Under the pieces are notes generated by a model, which was not told the origin of the DNA, ran no database searches, and saw only the letters and a list, made by a program, of their open reading frames with translations. From NCBI RefSeq assembly GCF_006345805.1, contig NW_021834470.1, positions 1-64,000 on the forward strand: a stretch of 64,000 bases of DNA, read 5' to 3'. Below, piece after piece: positions 24,130-35,946 of the stretch. Position 1 is the first letter of the stretch; the number at the start of each line of letters is the position of its first letter. The position numbers and the translations under genes were made by a program. The stretch is from Octopus sinensis (Eukaryota).

Positions 24130-25209
24130 TTATATTAGAAAAATTTAGAGAATTGAATTTGCATTTATACGATTTAATTATACACTGATCCATAGGCTGT
24201 AAAAAAGATGTTCTATTAGGTGGTAGAAATAACATCTCAATTTGTTTAAATTCAATCAATACCTAATGTAAATTTCATCTTTATGTGTAGGAGATTGATC
24301 TACAACAAGTAAAATTTTTCTATCTTGTTTTTGCAATTCCATTTTTTATTTTAATAGAAATTGATTAAAAATTCTGCTATCTATCCATGCTCTCTATGAA
24401 TTTGAATATATAACATATTTTTTAATATCAAAATTCTTGAAACATCTTAGATTTTTAAACAACCCAATTAGTAAGGGTGTATCTCTTATCTGTACCGTCT
24501 ACATTTGTACATAACATGACTGAAACTCTCTTTCAGGACTTTATAGCCAGATTTAATGGTTTTACAACACTCTAAGACGGTATTATTTTGTAAAAATAAG
24601 CCAGTTTCATTGGCATTATAAACATTTTGAGCTCCGTAAAGACTGATTTTATTTGTGATTAATTCAATGAAATCTGATACTAAATTAGGGTCAAAATTTG
24701 GAATTTCAGATTCTCTATCCATATTACGTAACTTCAAATCATTCCTTTTTAAATTTAACAAGCCACCTTTGCTTCCTTTGAATTCAGTAATCCTGAGATT
24801 CAATGAAAAGGCTTTTTCTTTCTCAGTAATAATCCTATCATTTAAAATGGCTCCTTTATGATCCATTGAATTGATCCAAGCAATAGTATTATTATCAATT
24901 TCAGCAAACTTTAAATATTGTTTGCAGGAAATTTCAGATCTTAGGTTATGAAACATAATGTTAGATCCTCTTTTACTTTTAAGCTCATCAATAGATCGGC
25001 GAGAAACAGGCAAGTTGTATTTTTTTTAAATCTTAGAAATTTTTAGTGAAGATAATTCATTATTTGTTTTAATAAACTTCAAAATCTCAATTTTTTGATT
25101 GTTATATTGCGGATAAGAGAATTTTTTTCTAAGAAAAATGGCGGATAAGAGAATTTATTAGTTATAATTGGCGGATTCGAGGGTATGGCGGATTCGAGAG
25201 ACTTTACTG
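24130..25209 (-). mobile_element. Tigger/pogo-like transposon (5' TIR, HTH and DDE_1), 3'-truncated
   Basis: TIR cagtaaagtctctcgaatccgcc after TA. FKGSKGWLVKFKKR, NVYNANETGLFYK, KERVSVMLCTN, LLVVD, LQPMDQ. Confidence 0.85.
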
Positions 25210-25284
25210 TATTTAAATTTATTTAACAAGAATACCACATGAAAATAATTTTGTCAATGAAACAAAAGGCAATCAGGGACTACC

Positions 25285-25690
25285 CACAGAGAGAAATTTT
25301 CCCCCAAGAACAGCAATTGAGACATTTTCAAAGAGCCGATTGAGCTCGCGGAAGTCGTTTCTAATTCTTCCAAGGTTGCGACCTCTCTCGGTGAGGAAAC
25401 GAAGAGTTGATGATCCTAGCGTGCCTGGTTTGAAGATGAATTTGTCAGAGAGGAATCCGTATTTCTAGGTTTTGCGAACCTTTGCTTTTGTCGCCGCTCT
25501 GACGGCTTTGATCGAGGACGCAAAAAGGCATGATGACGCAAAAGTGTCAGAGCATCGTGTCACAGACGATCGCTTTCTGCTCTTGTACGGCATTGGTGAG
25601 GCTGGCAAATGTCCAAGCCAACTCGAAAAGAGATTCCGATTCTTAAACACTCTGGGGCTAGCAAGGCTCCTGCCGCAGGCTTCATAACAT
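25285..25690 (-). mobile_element. Decayed, internally deleted CRE-like 3' fragment
   Basis: LRIGISFRVGLDICQPHQCR joined to TRCSDTFASS...; C-terminus RELNRLFENVSIAVLGEN. Confidence 0.7.
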
Positions 25691-25829
25691 CAACTTCTTC
25701 TTTTCGATTTTTTTATTAAATATTCACGTTGAATTTGTACCATATCAGATATTGTTAATTCATTTACATTTTTATTGTATTCTCGTGATAAAAATTCTCG
25801 CCATATGTGTTTTCTTTAGATTAATGACA

Positions 25830-26470
25830 GAATTCTTGCTCTTCCTACGCAGTAGTTCTCCTTATATTTCAAATCACCATAAAATTGAAGAAGCATACTC
25901 TCTGCTTTATTATTAACTGACTTTCGGTCTCTCCCAAATTCCTTTCTTGCAAGATAGTCTTTTTTTGTTTGCCGGTTTCAAGTGGATATGGCAGTCCATA
26001 AGAATTCGACAAATATTTCTATCAATGTCCTCAAACTTTCCGGACTCAATATCAATCGGTCCAATGTAATAGTTATAAAGGGAAAGCGTGTTCGTTTATA
26101 TTCTTGGACAAGTTTACTGAGTTTAATTAAGTTTGGATCAAGTTTTTAATTCTCTTCGATGCTTCTTCATAGATTTTCCCCATAACATTATTTTTTAGAA
26201 CGTTGCTATTTTTATCTTTGAGAACCCTCAGAGATCGGTATCCATCCAACCCATCGAGTAAGCAAGCTTTCATAGACAAAGACTTGACATTCGTCGCAAA
26301 TTTTTCAGCGTTTCTTTCCAACCCAGATGGGTCATAAAACAATTTTACTTTTCCTATCATTTCCATTACGTCATTATGATGCAAAACAGCTTTATATCGT
26401 CCATAAATGAGAGGTAGTTAATAGTTTGGTTTTTCCTTGAAGATTGTGTCATTATTAAAGCTTCAATCAT
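25830..26470 (-). mobile_element. Decayed R4-like RT fragment
   Basis: INYLSFMDDIKLF, INEHAFPLYNYYIG, HIHLKPANKKRL. Confidence 0.75.
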
Positions 26471-26724
26471 CGACTAATTCCTTTAACTTAGAGTCAATAG
26501 TTTTAAATTTCATATTTGGTGATATAAATTCAAATTTCCATTTAAAGCAAAGCTTTTTTAGTTCTGCTTTATTATTAAGATAATTTTTAATAAATCAACG
26601 GTTGATTTTCTTTTTGACTAGCAAAAAAAATATTTCGGAAACTGTTGTATATTTTACATGTTTGTTTTTTTGCAGTATTCAATAATAGCATTTTCTTTTA
26701 AATTTAGACAATAGACAAGTACTC

Positions 26725-27450
26725 CCAGATTATATAAAATTAGACAATTTATTACATAATCTCAAGTTATCCCATATCCTCACATGTAGGGACCTTTTTA
26801 AATTGGATAATATATTACACAATTCATTATATAATTTCAAGTATTCCATGTCCTCAAATCTAGAGACCTCCTCCAATTGCATAATTTATTAAGCAATTCA
26901 TTATATAATCTCAAGTACTCGCTTGTCCTCAAATCTACAGTCGATTCTAAATTGCATATATATTAAGCAATTCATTATAAAATCTCAAGTACTCCAATGT
27001 CTTCAAAACTAGAAAACCCCGTAAATTGCATAATATATTACGCAATTCATTATAAAATCTCAAGTACCCCAATGTCCTCAAATCTAGAGACCTCCGCCAA
27101 TTTCATAATATATTAAGCAATTCATTATATAATCTCAAGTACTCCAATGTCCTCAAATCTACGAACGATTCTAAATTGCATAATATATAAGCAATTCATT
27201 ATATAATCTCAAGTACCCCTTTTGTCAAATCTAGGGACCTCTCCCATTTGTATAATATATTACTCAATTCATTACAAAATCTGAAGTACTCTCATGTCCT
27301 CACATCTTAGCTCGTTCCAATTGTATAGTATATTAGGCAATTCATTATATTCTCAAGTACCCCCATATCTCAGATCTAGCAACCTCCGCAATTTGCATAA
27401 TAATTACGCAATTTATTATATAATCTCATTTATTCCAATGTTCTTATAAT
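26725..27450 (-). repeat. 75-nt tandem array (~9 full units plus partial), LRR-like reading frame
   Basis: Unit gtacttgagattatataatgaattgcttaatatattatgcaat-N15-gatttgaggacattgga on the minus strand; translates YLRLYNELLNILCN.....DLRTLE. Confidence 0.85.
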
Positions 27451-29827
27451 TGACTGATTATTATTAATAGCACATCCGCGACAAAAAAGTCATAATCTTC
27501 TCGTCGATTGTGCTAGATACTTGAGGAGGATTTTGTTTGTTAGATAGCTTTACGTTTTTTCTTGAGATTGCAAATTTTTCTAAGCCTGTCTAGTTCGTTT
27601 AATGTTCTAATAACAATCCGGCATTTATAATCAGTAGCTGTACCGTACGTGCTCTGCCTCAAAAGGCCTCTTGTAGAACGGCTTTATGGATAGGCCATTA
27701 GTATTGAAAGCATGTTTCCATGATGTCATTAACGGAAACAGAAAAATTCATTCAACTCTACCACAAAACTTAACTATTTTGAGTTTTTAAACTTTTTTCC
27801 ATTATCGGAATTAATTATAAGTAAGACTTCGGAGTTTTTAGAAGTTGCAACTTTAACCAATGCAACTTAAAATTGAGTCGATAACAACTAGAATCTAAAA
27901 TTTAATACTTAAAATAAATACTAAAATATCCCGATATTATTGGAGTGATTGGTGGCTTAGTCTCCAGCATCATTTCGATTGTCAGAAAGGATAATGTCTA
28001 ATTACTTCAAACCTCTGCTCGAAAAACTCACAAAAATAGTAAGTAGAAGTAGATTAAAAATTTAATTAGTTACTTAAAAGCTCATTTGCATCCCCCTTAG
28101 AATGGTTTCGCATGCTTAGAGTCATCCTCGTCTATACCCACGCTCTCTTATTTTTGACTCTTATTCAAACATGGTCTGTCGTCATCGGTTTACAAAGATT
28201 GTTGTGTAGTTTTCTTTAAAGCATGTTGCAACTTATCATGCTTAAATTCAGTTGATTACAAAATAGATATCTATATAATAATAAAATTGTTTTAAAGTTG
28301 TATTCTATGTAGATTTCATTTTCTTTCTCATCATTTTTTTGCAGTATTATTCATATCCTAATTACAAGTTAACCACATAGTAAATCAAATAAAAATACTA
28401 ATGCAGGAAAAAATCTGTTGCGAGCTTCTCATCCTTTATAGCGGGTAAATATGGACTTTTTTAATGACTGAAAAAGCATTATGCTGAAGATTTCAAAGAT
28501 CCATAATGCCTATATGAAAAAATTGATGAATTTTTTGAAGATGCATTAATAACTTCATATCTTCCAGATTAAAATTTTTCAAAAACCTTGGAAATTTATA
28601 TTTCCCAATTAATAAAGGAAACATTTTTTCATTCACGAAATTACAACAAAATAAAACAACCATTTTTAACTTTCACTTTTTGATTCCACGAAATGTATAA
28701 CTATAGACCTAACAAATGATTTCGATGAAAGAAGTTTGAAATACAGTGCCATTTTGTTACAATTAAACACGTTCTTAAGTCCATAAGTTCGAGATAATAA
28801 TATACTGGTCAAAAAAAGAGCAATGACCATTCAGACGACTTTTTTCCTCTCCATGAATAGTTTTGAATTATAGTTCATACTTTTTTCAAAACGGTCCAAC
28901 CATATATTCGATGCTTAAATGAGTTTAAGTCGAGTCCTTGGGTAATTTTTAAAATAATATTTTTTTAACAATGTTCCCGAAACTGGAATTTAATAATCGT
29001 TTAAATCTTATAAAGCTGAGAAGACTAGTTTGTTATCTCCGATAAATTAAAAAAGTTTAAATCAATTTTTATTGACTGGTCCGAAGAATACTTATCCTGA
29101 CTGTCAGACAAAACAGGTGACATAATTTTTGAACTTTTGATTGGCCTTATCGCCAAAAAAAGGAGTTGGTATGCTCGTACACTGGACGTCTCATTAATGT
29201 TAACCGGTTGAATTCACTTTGTTTGCTAAAGTCAAATAGACTGACGATATTAAATGTTATTTAATTTATTTTCTAATTATTTTAATTATCAAATTAAATA
29301 AGATAAGTTATTTACGTGTTATGCACGTCATATTTTTATGTTGTGTTGTGCATTTATGTTTTTATTTTTTATTTGATCGTTTCTTGCTATCAATGTTTTA
29401 TTTTTACAATATTTTTGGTTTTTTTATTTGTTTGAAGATTAATTAAATTGATTGCTGTAAAATATCTTGGATAAAATTTATTTTACAAGCAAATTTGTTT
29501 TCACTTTATCAATTAATTAATCTCTATTAATATGGGTTTTTCAATTAAAATTATTTCTATTCACATACTATTTTGATTCTTTAGTATTTTATTGTTATAG
29601 TTGTAGTTCATCGTAGTAAGATACGGATGATTGTAATCTTGAGAATGAAATCCATTTTAACCCATCTTCCAAAATGTTGACATGGAGATAATACTTTCAT
29701 CTTCCATCATATCAACCATTTCATACGTTTCTAATATGGTTATTTTGTCCTCTATGCCAATTCCATTATAAAATTCGCGACTTTTGACTAGATCTTCGTT
29801 TTCCTCACATATTACTTCAGTTATTAT

Positions 29828-30263
29828 TAGGGCAACTGGAAAGTTGATCTTAAAAATGTAAAAAATTGACCTTAAAAGTCAACTAAATTGCTTTAAAAAA
29901 TTAAAAAAGTTGACATAATATGCATAAAAAGTTGCCCTAAGAAACAGAAATTTATTTATTAAAGCACAACATTAAATAATATTTAACATTTTCAGGTAAG
30001 AAATTTCTATCTTTGGTTAAAATTTTGTGAAGAATAGAAAATGATCTTTTTACTTCACACGATGTTGCCGGGCAATCCAATAATAATGCGTGGTGAAATG
30101 GAGTAATTGGTAGCTTAGATAACTTCATTATTTTGAAAATGTCGTTTCTTGAAATTCGTAAGCCTATGTAGTCTCGAATTTTGCAGGAATCTTCTTTAAA
30201 ATCAACATTTTTCAAAAAATAATACGCTCTTGAAATAGTGAATTTATTAGATTCAATTTCCAT
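29828..30263 (-). mobile_element. hAT-like transposase C-terminus and 3' end
   Basis: CPATSCEVKRSFSILHKILTKDRNFLPENV (hAT dimerisation-like); terminal tagggcaac with an inverted subterminal copy about 110 bp inside. Confidence 0.65.
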
Positions 30264-30269
30264 TAAAAT

Positions 30270-30425
30270 ATCTGTTCAAATCTCCAAGGAGTATTGATAA
30301 TGACGTGTGCTTATCAGCGAAAAAATTCTTGATAAGCGATGGGTATTTAGAAAGATATTTCGAATACAGTCTGTACCAAAACATTATAATATTGGCAAAT
30401 TTATTAATAAATCATTGTATCTCTA
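30270..30425 (-). mobile_element. Mirror copy of the Tc1-B 3' terminus and the APE continuation
   Basis: tacagtctgtaccaaaacattataata at 30365; minus strand gives YSKYLSKYPSLIKNFFADKHTSLSILLGDLN. Confidence 0.75.
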
Positions 30426-31394
30426 CACTAGGTGCAAAAAAACCGTTTTTTTTGAAATATCAAGAATTTACTATGCAAACTATATTGTTTTTTATTAAAG
30501 AATTGAATAATTTATCATTTTTTAACACTAGTTTTATTTTTATATTTGAACTTGTAATCATTTTTACTTAACAATTATAACTAACAAAAATCAAACGCAA
30601 TAAAAAACCGTTTTATTTTTGATTATTTAAAGTTAGTATTCAATATGGTCCCCTTTTGCCTTAAAAAGCTTTTGTGCTCTATTCGGCATGCTTTCGATTA
30701 ATTTTTTTTATAAAACTAATCGGTATTTCGTTCCAAATTTTCGATTTTTCTTTCAATTCGGAAACATTCTTTGGATGAAAGGTGTTTTATTCCCTCTTCA
30801 TATGAGCCCATATATGTTCGATCGGATTTAAATCCGGTGATTGAGGTGCCCATGGTAAAAGGTTTACTTTCTTTTCTTGAAAAAATCGCATAGTCATCTT
30901 GGAAGTATGACATGGTGCCATGTCTTGTTGGAAAATAAAGTCACTAAGCTCCATTTTTTTTGCAGATTCCCATAAATGGTTACATAGTGTGTTGATATAA
31001 AGTGCGGATTTCATATTCCCGAGTATAAAAGCAAGCGAGCCCATTCCGTAATAGGAAAAACAGCCCCAGACCATAACTTTCCCACCACCAAATTTTACAG
31101 TAGGCGAAAGGTTGCTTTTTTGAAGGCCTGTATTGTTTTTCCGATAACAATATTGCCGTTTTTTAATATTAAAAACTTCGAAACTGCATTCGTCACTGAA
31201 AATTGTCCTCATCCATTTAGTGTTTGGCACAGTAATGAAATGCTTTGCCATGTTATAGCGTTTTTCACTATTTATTTTGTTCAATAATGGTTTTTTTTCT
31301 ACATACACGAGCATATATTTGCTCCCTTCTTAAATAATTGCGATGGATCTTTTACCGACTGTTTTTCCGGTTATTTTACGGAGATCATTCCTTA
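30426..31394 (-). mobile_element. Tc1-A, 3' half only, cut at the fold-back junction
   Basis: TIR cactaggtgcaaaaaaaccg after TA. 175-aa ORF with IFSDE, VMVWGCFS, FQQDMAPCH, WAPQSPDLNPIEHIW. Identity with Tc1-A ends at ccttA|gacaag. Confidence 0.9.
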
Positions 31395-31725
31395 GACAAG
31401 AGATAATTTTCCAGATAACTTAGTAATAACATCTTAATTTGTTATCCAGGTTCGATATCTTTCGGTTCCGAGATCCTCAAAGAATCTATACCACCAATTT
31501 TCACTCTGATAAAAAAATTGAAGTGATTCCAATCGATTCTACTAATATCATATCCAACGAATATATGCTGTGTGTGAACCGGGCCAGTTCTCAATTCAAT
31601 TGTTTGTGGAATGTGATCACTTCCTACGTCATTTTAAATATATGGAGGATTGCACATTTCATTCATTTTTTTCAGGCATTATGAACCAAGTCTATCACCA
31701 CTATAAGTTGCATAGTGATTTATTT

Positions 31726-34046
31726 CTGCCGACGTCAATATTTTCAGTTCTCCTGATTTCATCCACTTTACAAGACTTTTATATCTTGACTAAATTGCGG
31801 TGAACGCACGCTCTCTAAAGAGAAGGCGTGCAGAAATTGAGAACATGTTATCTACTAATCCCGTGGACCTTTTAATTGTGAATGAAACAAAATTGAAACA
31901 ACATGATGATTATTATCTGAATGGCTATTACTCCCTTGATATCAAATGGAAGTCGGGTTCGATAGCTGGAACGGGGAATTCTATATTTTACAAATCAACT
32001 TTGAGAGCGAAAAATTTGAAAATTGTTTCTGAAGAACTCTGTGAATTTGTCACAATCGATGTTCGACTTGAAAAAACATGGATTAAAATTGGAGGGATGT
32101 ACAGTCTGTACCAAAACATTATAATACTCGTAAATTTAGTTAAAATATAACTTTATTTTCACAAATATTGATTTTTATAACTTAATTTTTTACATCCAAA
32201 TTCAAATTTACTTTCTTTAACTATTTTAAAAATTATTTGATTTTACGAGATCACTGGTTGGGGTGATACAAATTGTCATGTACCATAACATTATAATAAT
32301 TTTTATATTTTTCATACAAAAACAAATTTATTTTAAATTTAACACGTTATTATTTAATTGACATGGGACTAAAAGCGACTTGTCATTTGATACCAAAAAA
32401 ATTATTTTAAATCTCCATACCTTTGGACTTAGTCAAAACAAAATCGCGGAAATCACAAATTGCTTACAAGGATCAGTTTCCAACGTGTTGCGAAAGCAGA
32501 ATGACGAGAAAAACAATCGTGTCGGAAAGGGAAGGCCGAAATTAACGTCTTCACGAGAAGAAAGAGTTATTCAAAGAGTTTTGATGGAAAATAGATTCAT
32601 CTCTATTAAGGAAATTTCCGAAAAACTTATTCCTTACGGAATTAATTTGAGCCGAATGACAATAAGCAGACGCCTAAACCAATTGGGATTTTTTTCCAGA
32701 ACCCCTATTTGCAAGCCCTTCCTAACATTAAAACAACAGAAGCAAAGATTAGCTTGGGCTAAAGGGAAAATAAACTGGACTATAGAACAGTGGTCCAAAG
32801 TTATTTTTTCTGACGAATCTAAGTTTCTGCTGTCAATTAGTGAAAAAGGTGCGTATGTTTGGCGTAAAAGAAATAAACAATTCATCCTTCATGCATAAAT
32901 CAAAAGCTTCATTACAGAAAAGGAGCTATGGTGTGGGGAACGATGAGTTTTAATGGGTTGAGCCCGTTTTCAATTATTGATTCAACTGTAAATGGATTAG
33001 TATACAGAGAAATATTAGAAAAAATTTAATTTCAACTGGTCAAAAGTTATATGATGGATGTAATTACATTTTTCAACAGGACAATGCTCCTGCACACACT
33101 GCAAAAAGATACGATTGAGTGGATTCAAAACCAAAAAATTAATCTCATGAAATGGCCTCCTAATTCGCCTGATCTCAATCCAATCGAAAATCTTTGGGGA
33201 ATAATGAAACGAAAAGTTATGGCTCGTGGAATAAAAACAATAGAGGATCTGAAAAATGAACTGAAAATCATATGGAATGAAATTAAAATTGAAGAAATAA
33301 AAGTTTTAATTGAATCAATGCCAAAAAGAGTAGATGCTGTACTAAAATCTCGAGGGAAAAACATCAAATACTAGAAAATATTATAATCTTTTGTTACATG
33401 ACAAAAATTATTATAATGTTTTGATACATGACAATATAGCATGTAATATATTTTTAAGAATTAATTTATTTAAGAATAGTTAGATAAGTAAATTTAGAAA
33501 TTACATGCTAAAAATTAACACTTAAAAATTGATATAAGTACACTAGGTGCAAAAAAAACCGTTTTTTAAATACGGCATATTTTGCAAAGATAACCGTGAT
33601 TTTTCTTTGTCGATATCGAAAGGGATCATTAAATTAACCCTAAATCAATTTTGTTATATTTTTTTGTATTGTGTTATATGTCTAAATTAAAATTTTAATT
33701 ACACGAGCGCAATAAAAAACCGTTTATTCTGGTGAGTGTGACATTTTTTACTTTTTTTAACATTTTAACCCTCGATAAAATTACGAATGCTTGATGTAAT
33801 AACAAAAGTAAAGATTCTAAGCTTGAATGCGTTAAATTGGACCACTAAAAAAATATCTGACGAGCTTAATATACCGCGATCAACTATCGCTGACTTCATC
33901 CGAAAATTCATTAAATATGGTACGACTGAAAGAATAAAAGGTTCGGGGAGACCAAAAATTCTTAATAGGACGATATCCTTATTTTACTCAACCTGGTTAA
34001 AGAGGACCCCCAAAAAAAAGCTGATTGCTTAAGGAATGATCTCCGT
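31726..34046. other. Non-palindromic spacer (~2.3 kb) of the interrupted palindrome
   Basis: Arm identity stops at catagtgatttattt|ctgcc (31725) and at ctccgt|aaataaatcactatg (34047). The spacer holds an APE LINE piece, most of Tc1-B and the 5' half of Tc1-A. Confidence 0.9.
31790..32101 (+). mobile_element. APE LINE endonuclease N-terminal part, split by Tc1-B (continues at 35408-35500)
   Basis: AVNARSL, DLLIVNETKL, GTGNSIFYK, IKIGGMY; joining across the TA continues SKYLSKY...LSILLGDLN. Confidence 0.8.
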
Positions 34047-35407
34047 AAATAAATCACTATGCAACTTATAGTGGTGATAGACTGGTTCATAATGCCTCAA
34101 AAGATGAATGAAATGTGCAATCCTCCATATATTTAAAATGACGTAGGAAGTGATCACATTCCACAAACAATTGAATTGAGAACTGGCCCGGTTCACACAC
34201 AGCATATATTCGTTGGATATGATATTAGTAGAATCGATTGGAATCACTTCAATTTTTTCATCAGAATGAAACTTGGTGGTATAGATTCTTTGAGGATCTC
34301 GGAACCGAAAGATATCGATAACCTGGATAACAAATTAAGATGTTTATTACTAAGTTATCTGGAAAATTATCACTTGCTTAAGGAATGATCTCCGTAAAAT
34401 AACCGGAAAAACAGTCGGTAAAAGATCCATCGCAAATTATTTAAGAAGGGAGCAAATATATGCTCGTGTATGTAGAAAAAAACCATTATTGAACAAAATA
34501 AATAGTGAAAAACGCTATAACATGGCAAAGCATTTCATTACTGTGCCAAACACTAAATGGATGAGGACAATTTTCAGTGACGAATGCAGTTTCGAAGTTT
34601 TTAATATTAAAAAACGGCAATATTGTTATCGGAAAAACAATACAGGCCTTCAAAAAAGCAACCTTTCGCCTACTGTAAAATTTGGTGGTGGGAAAGTTAT
34701 GGTCTGGGGCTGTTTTTCCTATTACGGAATGGGTCGCTTGCTTTTATACTCGGGAATATGAAATCCGCACTTTATATCAACACACTATGTAACCATTTAT
34801 GGGAATCTGCAAAAAAAATGGAGCTTAGTGACTTTATTTTCCACAAGACATGGCACCATGTCATACTTCCAAGATGACTATGCGATTTTTTCAAGAAAAG
34901 AAAGTAAACCTTTTACCATGGGCACCTCAATCACCGGATTTAAATCCGATCGAACATATATGGGCTCATATAAAGAGGGAATTAAACACCTTTCATCCAA
35001 AGAATGTTTCGGAATGAAAGAAAAAATCGAAAATATTTGGAACGAAATACCGATTAGTTTTATAAAAAAAATTAATCGAAAGCATGCCGAATAGAGCACA
35101 AAAGCTTTTTAAGGCAAAAGGGGACCATATTGAATACTAACTTTAAATAATCAAAAATAAAACGGTTTTTTATTGCGTTTGATTTTTTGTTAGTTATAAT
35201 TTGTTAAGTAAAAATGATTACAAGTTCAAATATAAAAATAAAACTAGTGTTAAAAAATGATAAATTATTCAATTCTTTAATAAAAACAATATAGTTGCAT
35301 AGTAAATTCTTGATATTTCGAAAAAACGGTTTTTTTTGCACCTAGTGTAGAGATACAAATGATTTATTAATAAATTTGCCAATATTATAATGTTTTGGTA
35401 CAGACTG
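32102..35407 (+). mobile_element. Tc1-B, IR/DR-type Tc1 element, with Tc1-A nested in its 3' terminal repeat
   Basis: Outer TIR cagtctgtaccaaaacattataata at 32102 and its reverse complement ending 35407, both with TA. Inner repeats at about 32273 and 33405. Broken ORF 32363-33374 with GKGRPK, VIFSDESKF, QDNAPAH, WPPNSPDLNPIENLW. Confidence 0.9.
33541..35347 (+). mobile_element. Tc1-A, complete element with both TIRs, interrupted by a 349-bp insertion
   Basis: TA-cactaggtgcaaaaaaaaccg ... cggtttttttttgcacctagtg-TA. ORF from 33787 (GSGRPK) to 35140, broken at 34047-34373. Confidence 0.92.
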
Positions 35408-35509
35408 TATTCGAAATATCTTTCTAAATACCCATCGCTTATCAAGAATTTTTTCGCTGATAAGCACACGTCATTATCAATACTCCTTGGAGATTTGAAC
35501 CAGATATTT

Positions 35510-35946
35510 TAATGGAAATTGAATCTAATAATTCACTATTTCAAGAGCGTATTATTTTTGAAAAATGTTGATTTTAAAGAAGATTCCTGCAAAATTCGAG
35601 ACTACTAGGCTTACGAATTTCAAGAAACGACATTTTCAAAATAATGAAGTTATCTAAGCTACCAATTACTACTCCATTTCACCACGCATTATTATTGGAT
35701 TGCCCGGCAACATCGTGTGAGTAAAAAGATCATTTTCTATTCTTCACAAAATTTTAACCAAAGATAGAAATTTCTTACCTGAAAATGTTAAATATTATTA
35801 ATGTTGTGCTTTAATAAATAATATTTCTGTTTCTTAGGGCAACTTTTTATGCATATTATGTCAACTTTTTTTATTTTTTAAAGCAATTTTAGTTGACTTT
35901 TAAGGTCAATTTTTTACATTTTTAAGATCAACTTCCGGTTGCCCTA
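35510..35946 (+). mobile_element. hAT-like C-terminus and 3' end (right arm)
   Basis: Mirror of 29828-30263, with extra 1-bp deletions. Confidence 0.6.

Larger units (their letters stand above)
1787..31725. repeat. Left arm of giant inverted repeat (>=29.9 kb)
   Basis: Last bases of the window (gggtcggcag, 64000) are the reverse complement of ctgccgaccc at 1787. ORF pairs mirror throughout: 2863-3435/62351-62923, 9060-9326/56461-56727, 18221-18535/47238-47552, 30305/35469. Bases 1-1786 would pair beyond the window end. Confidence 0.98.
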
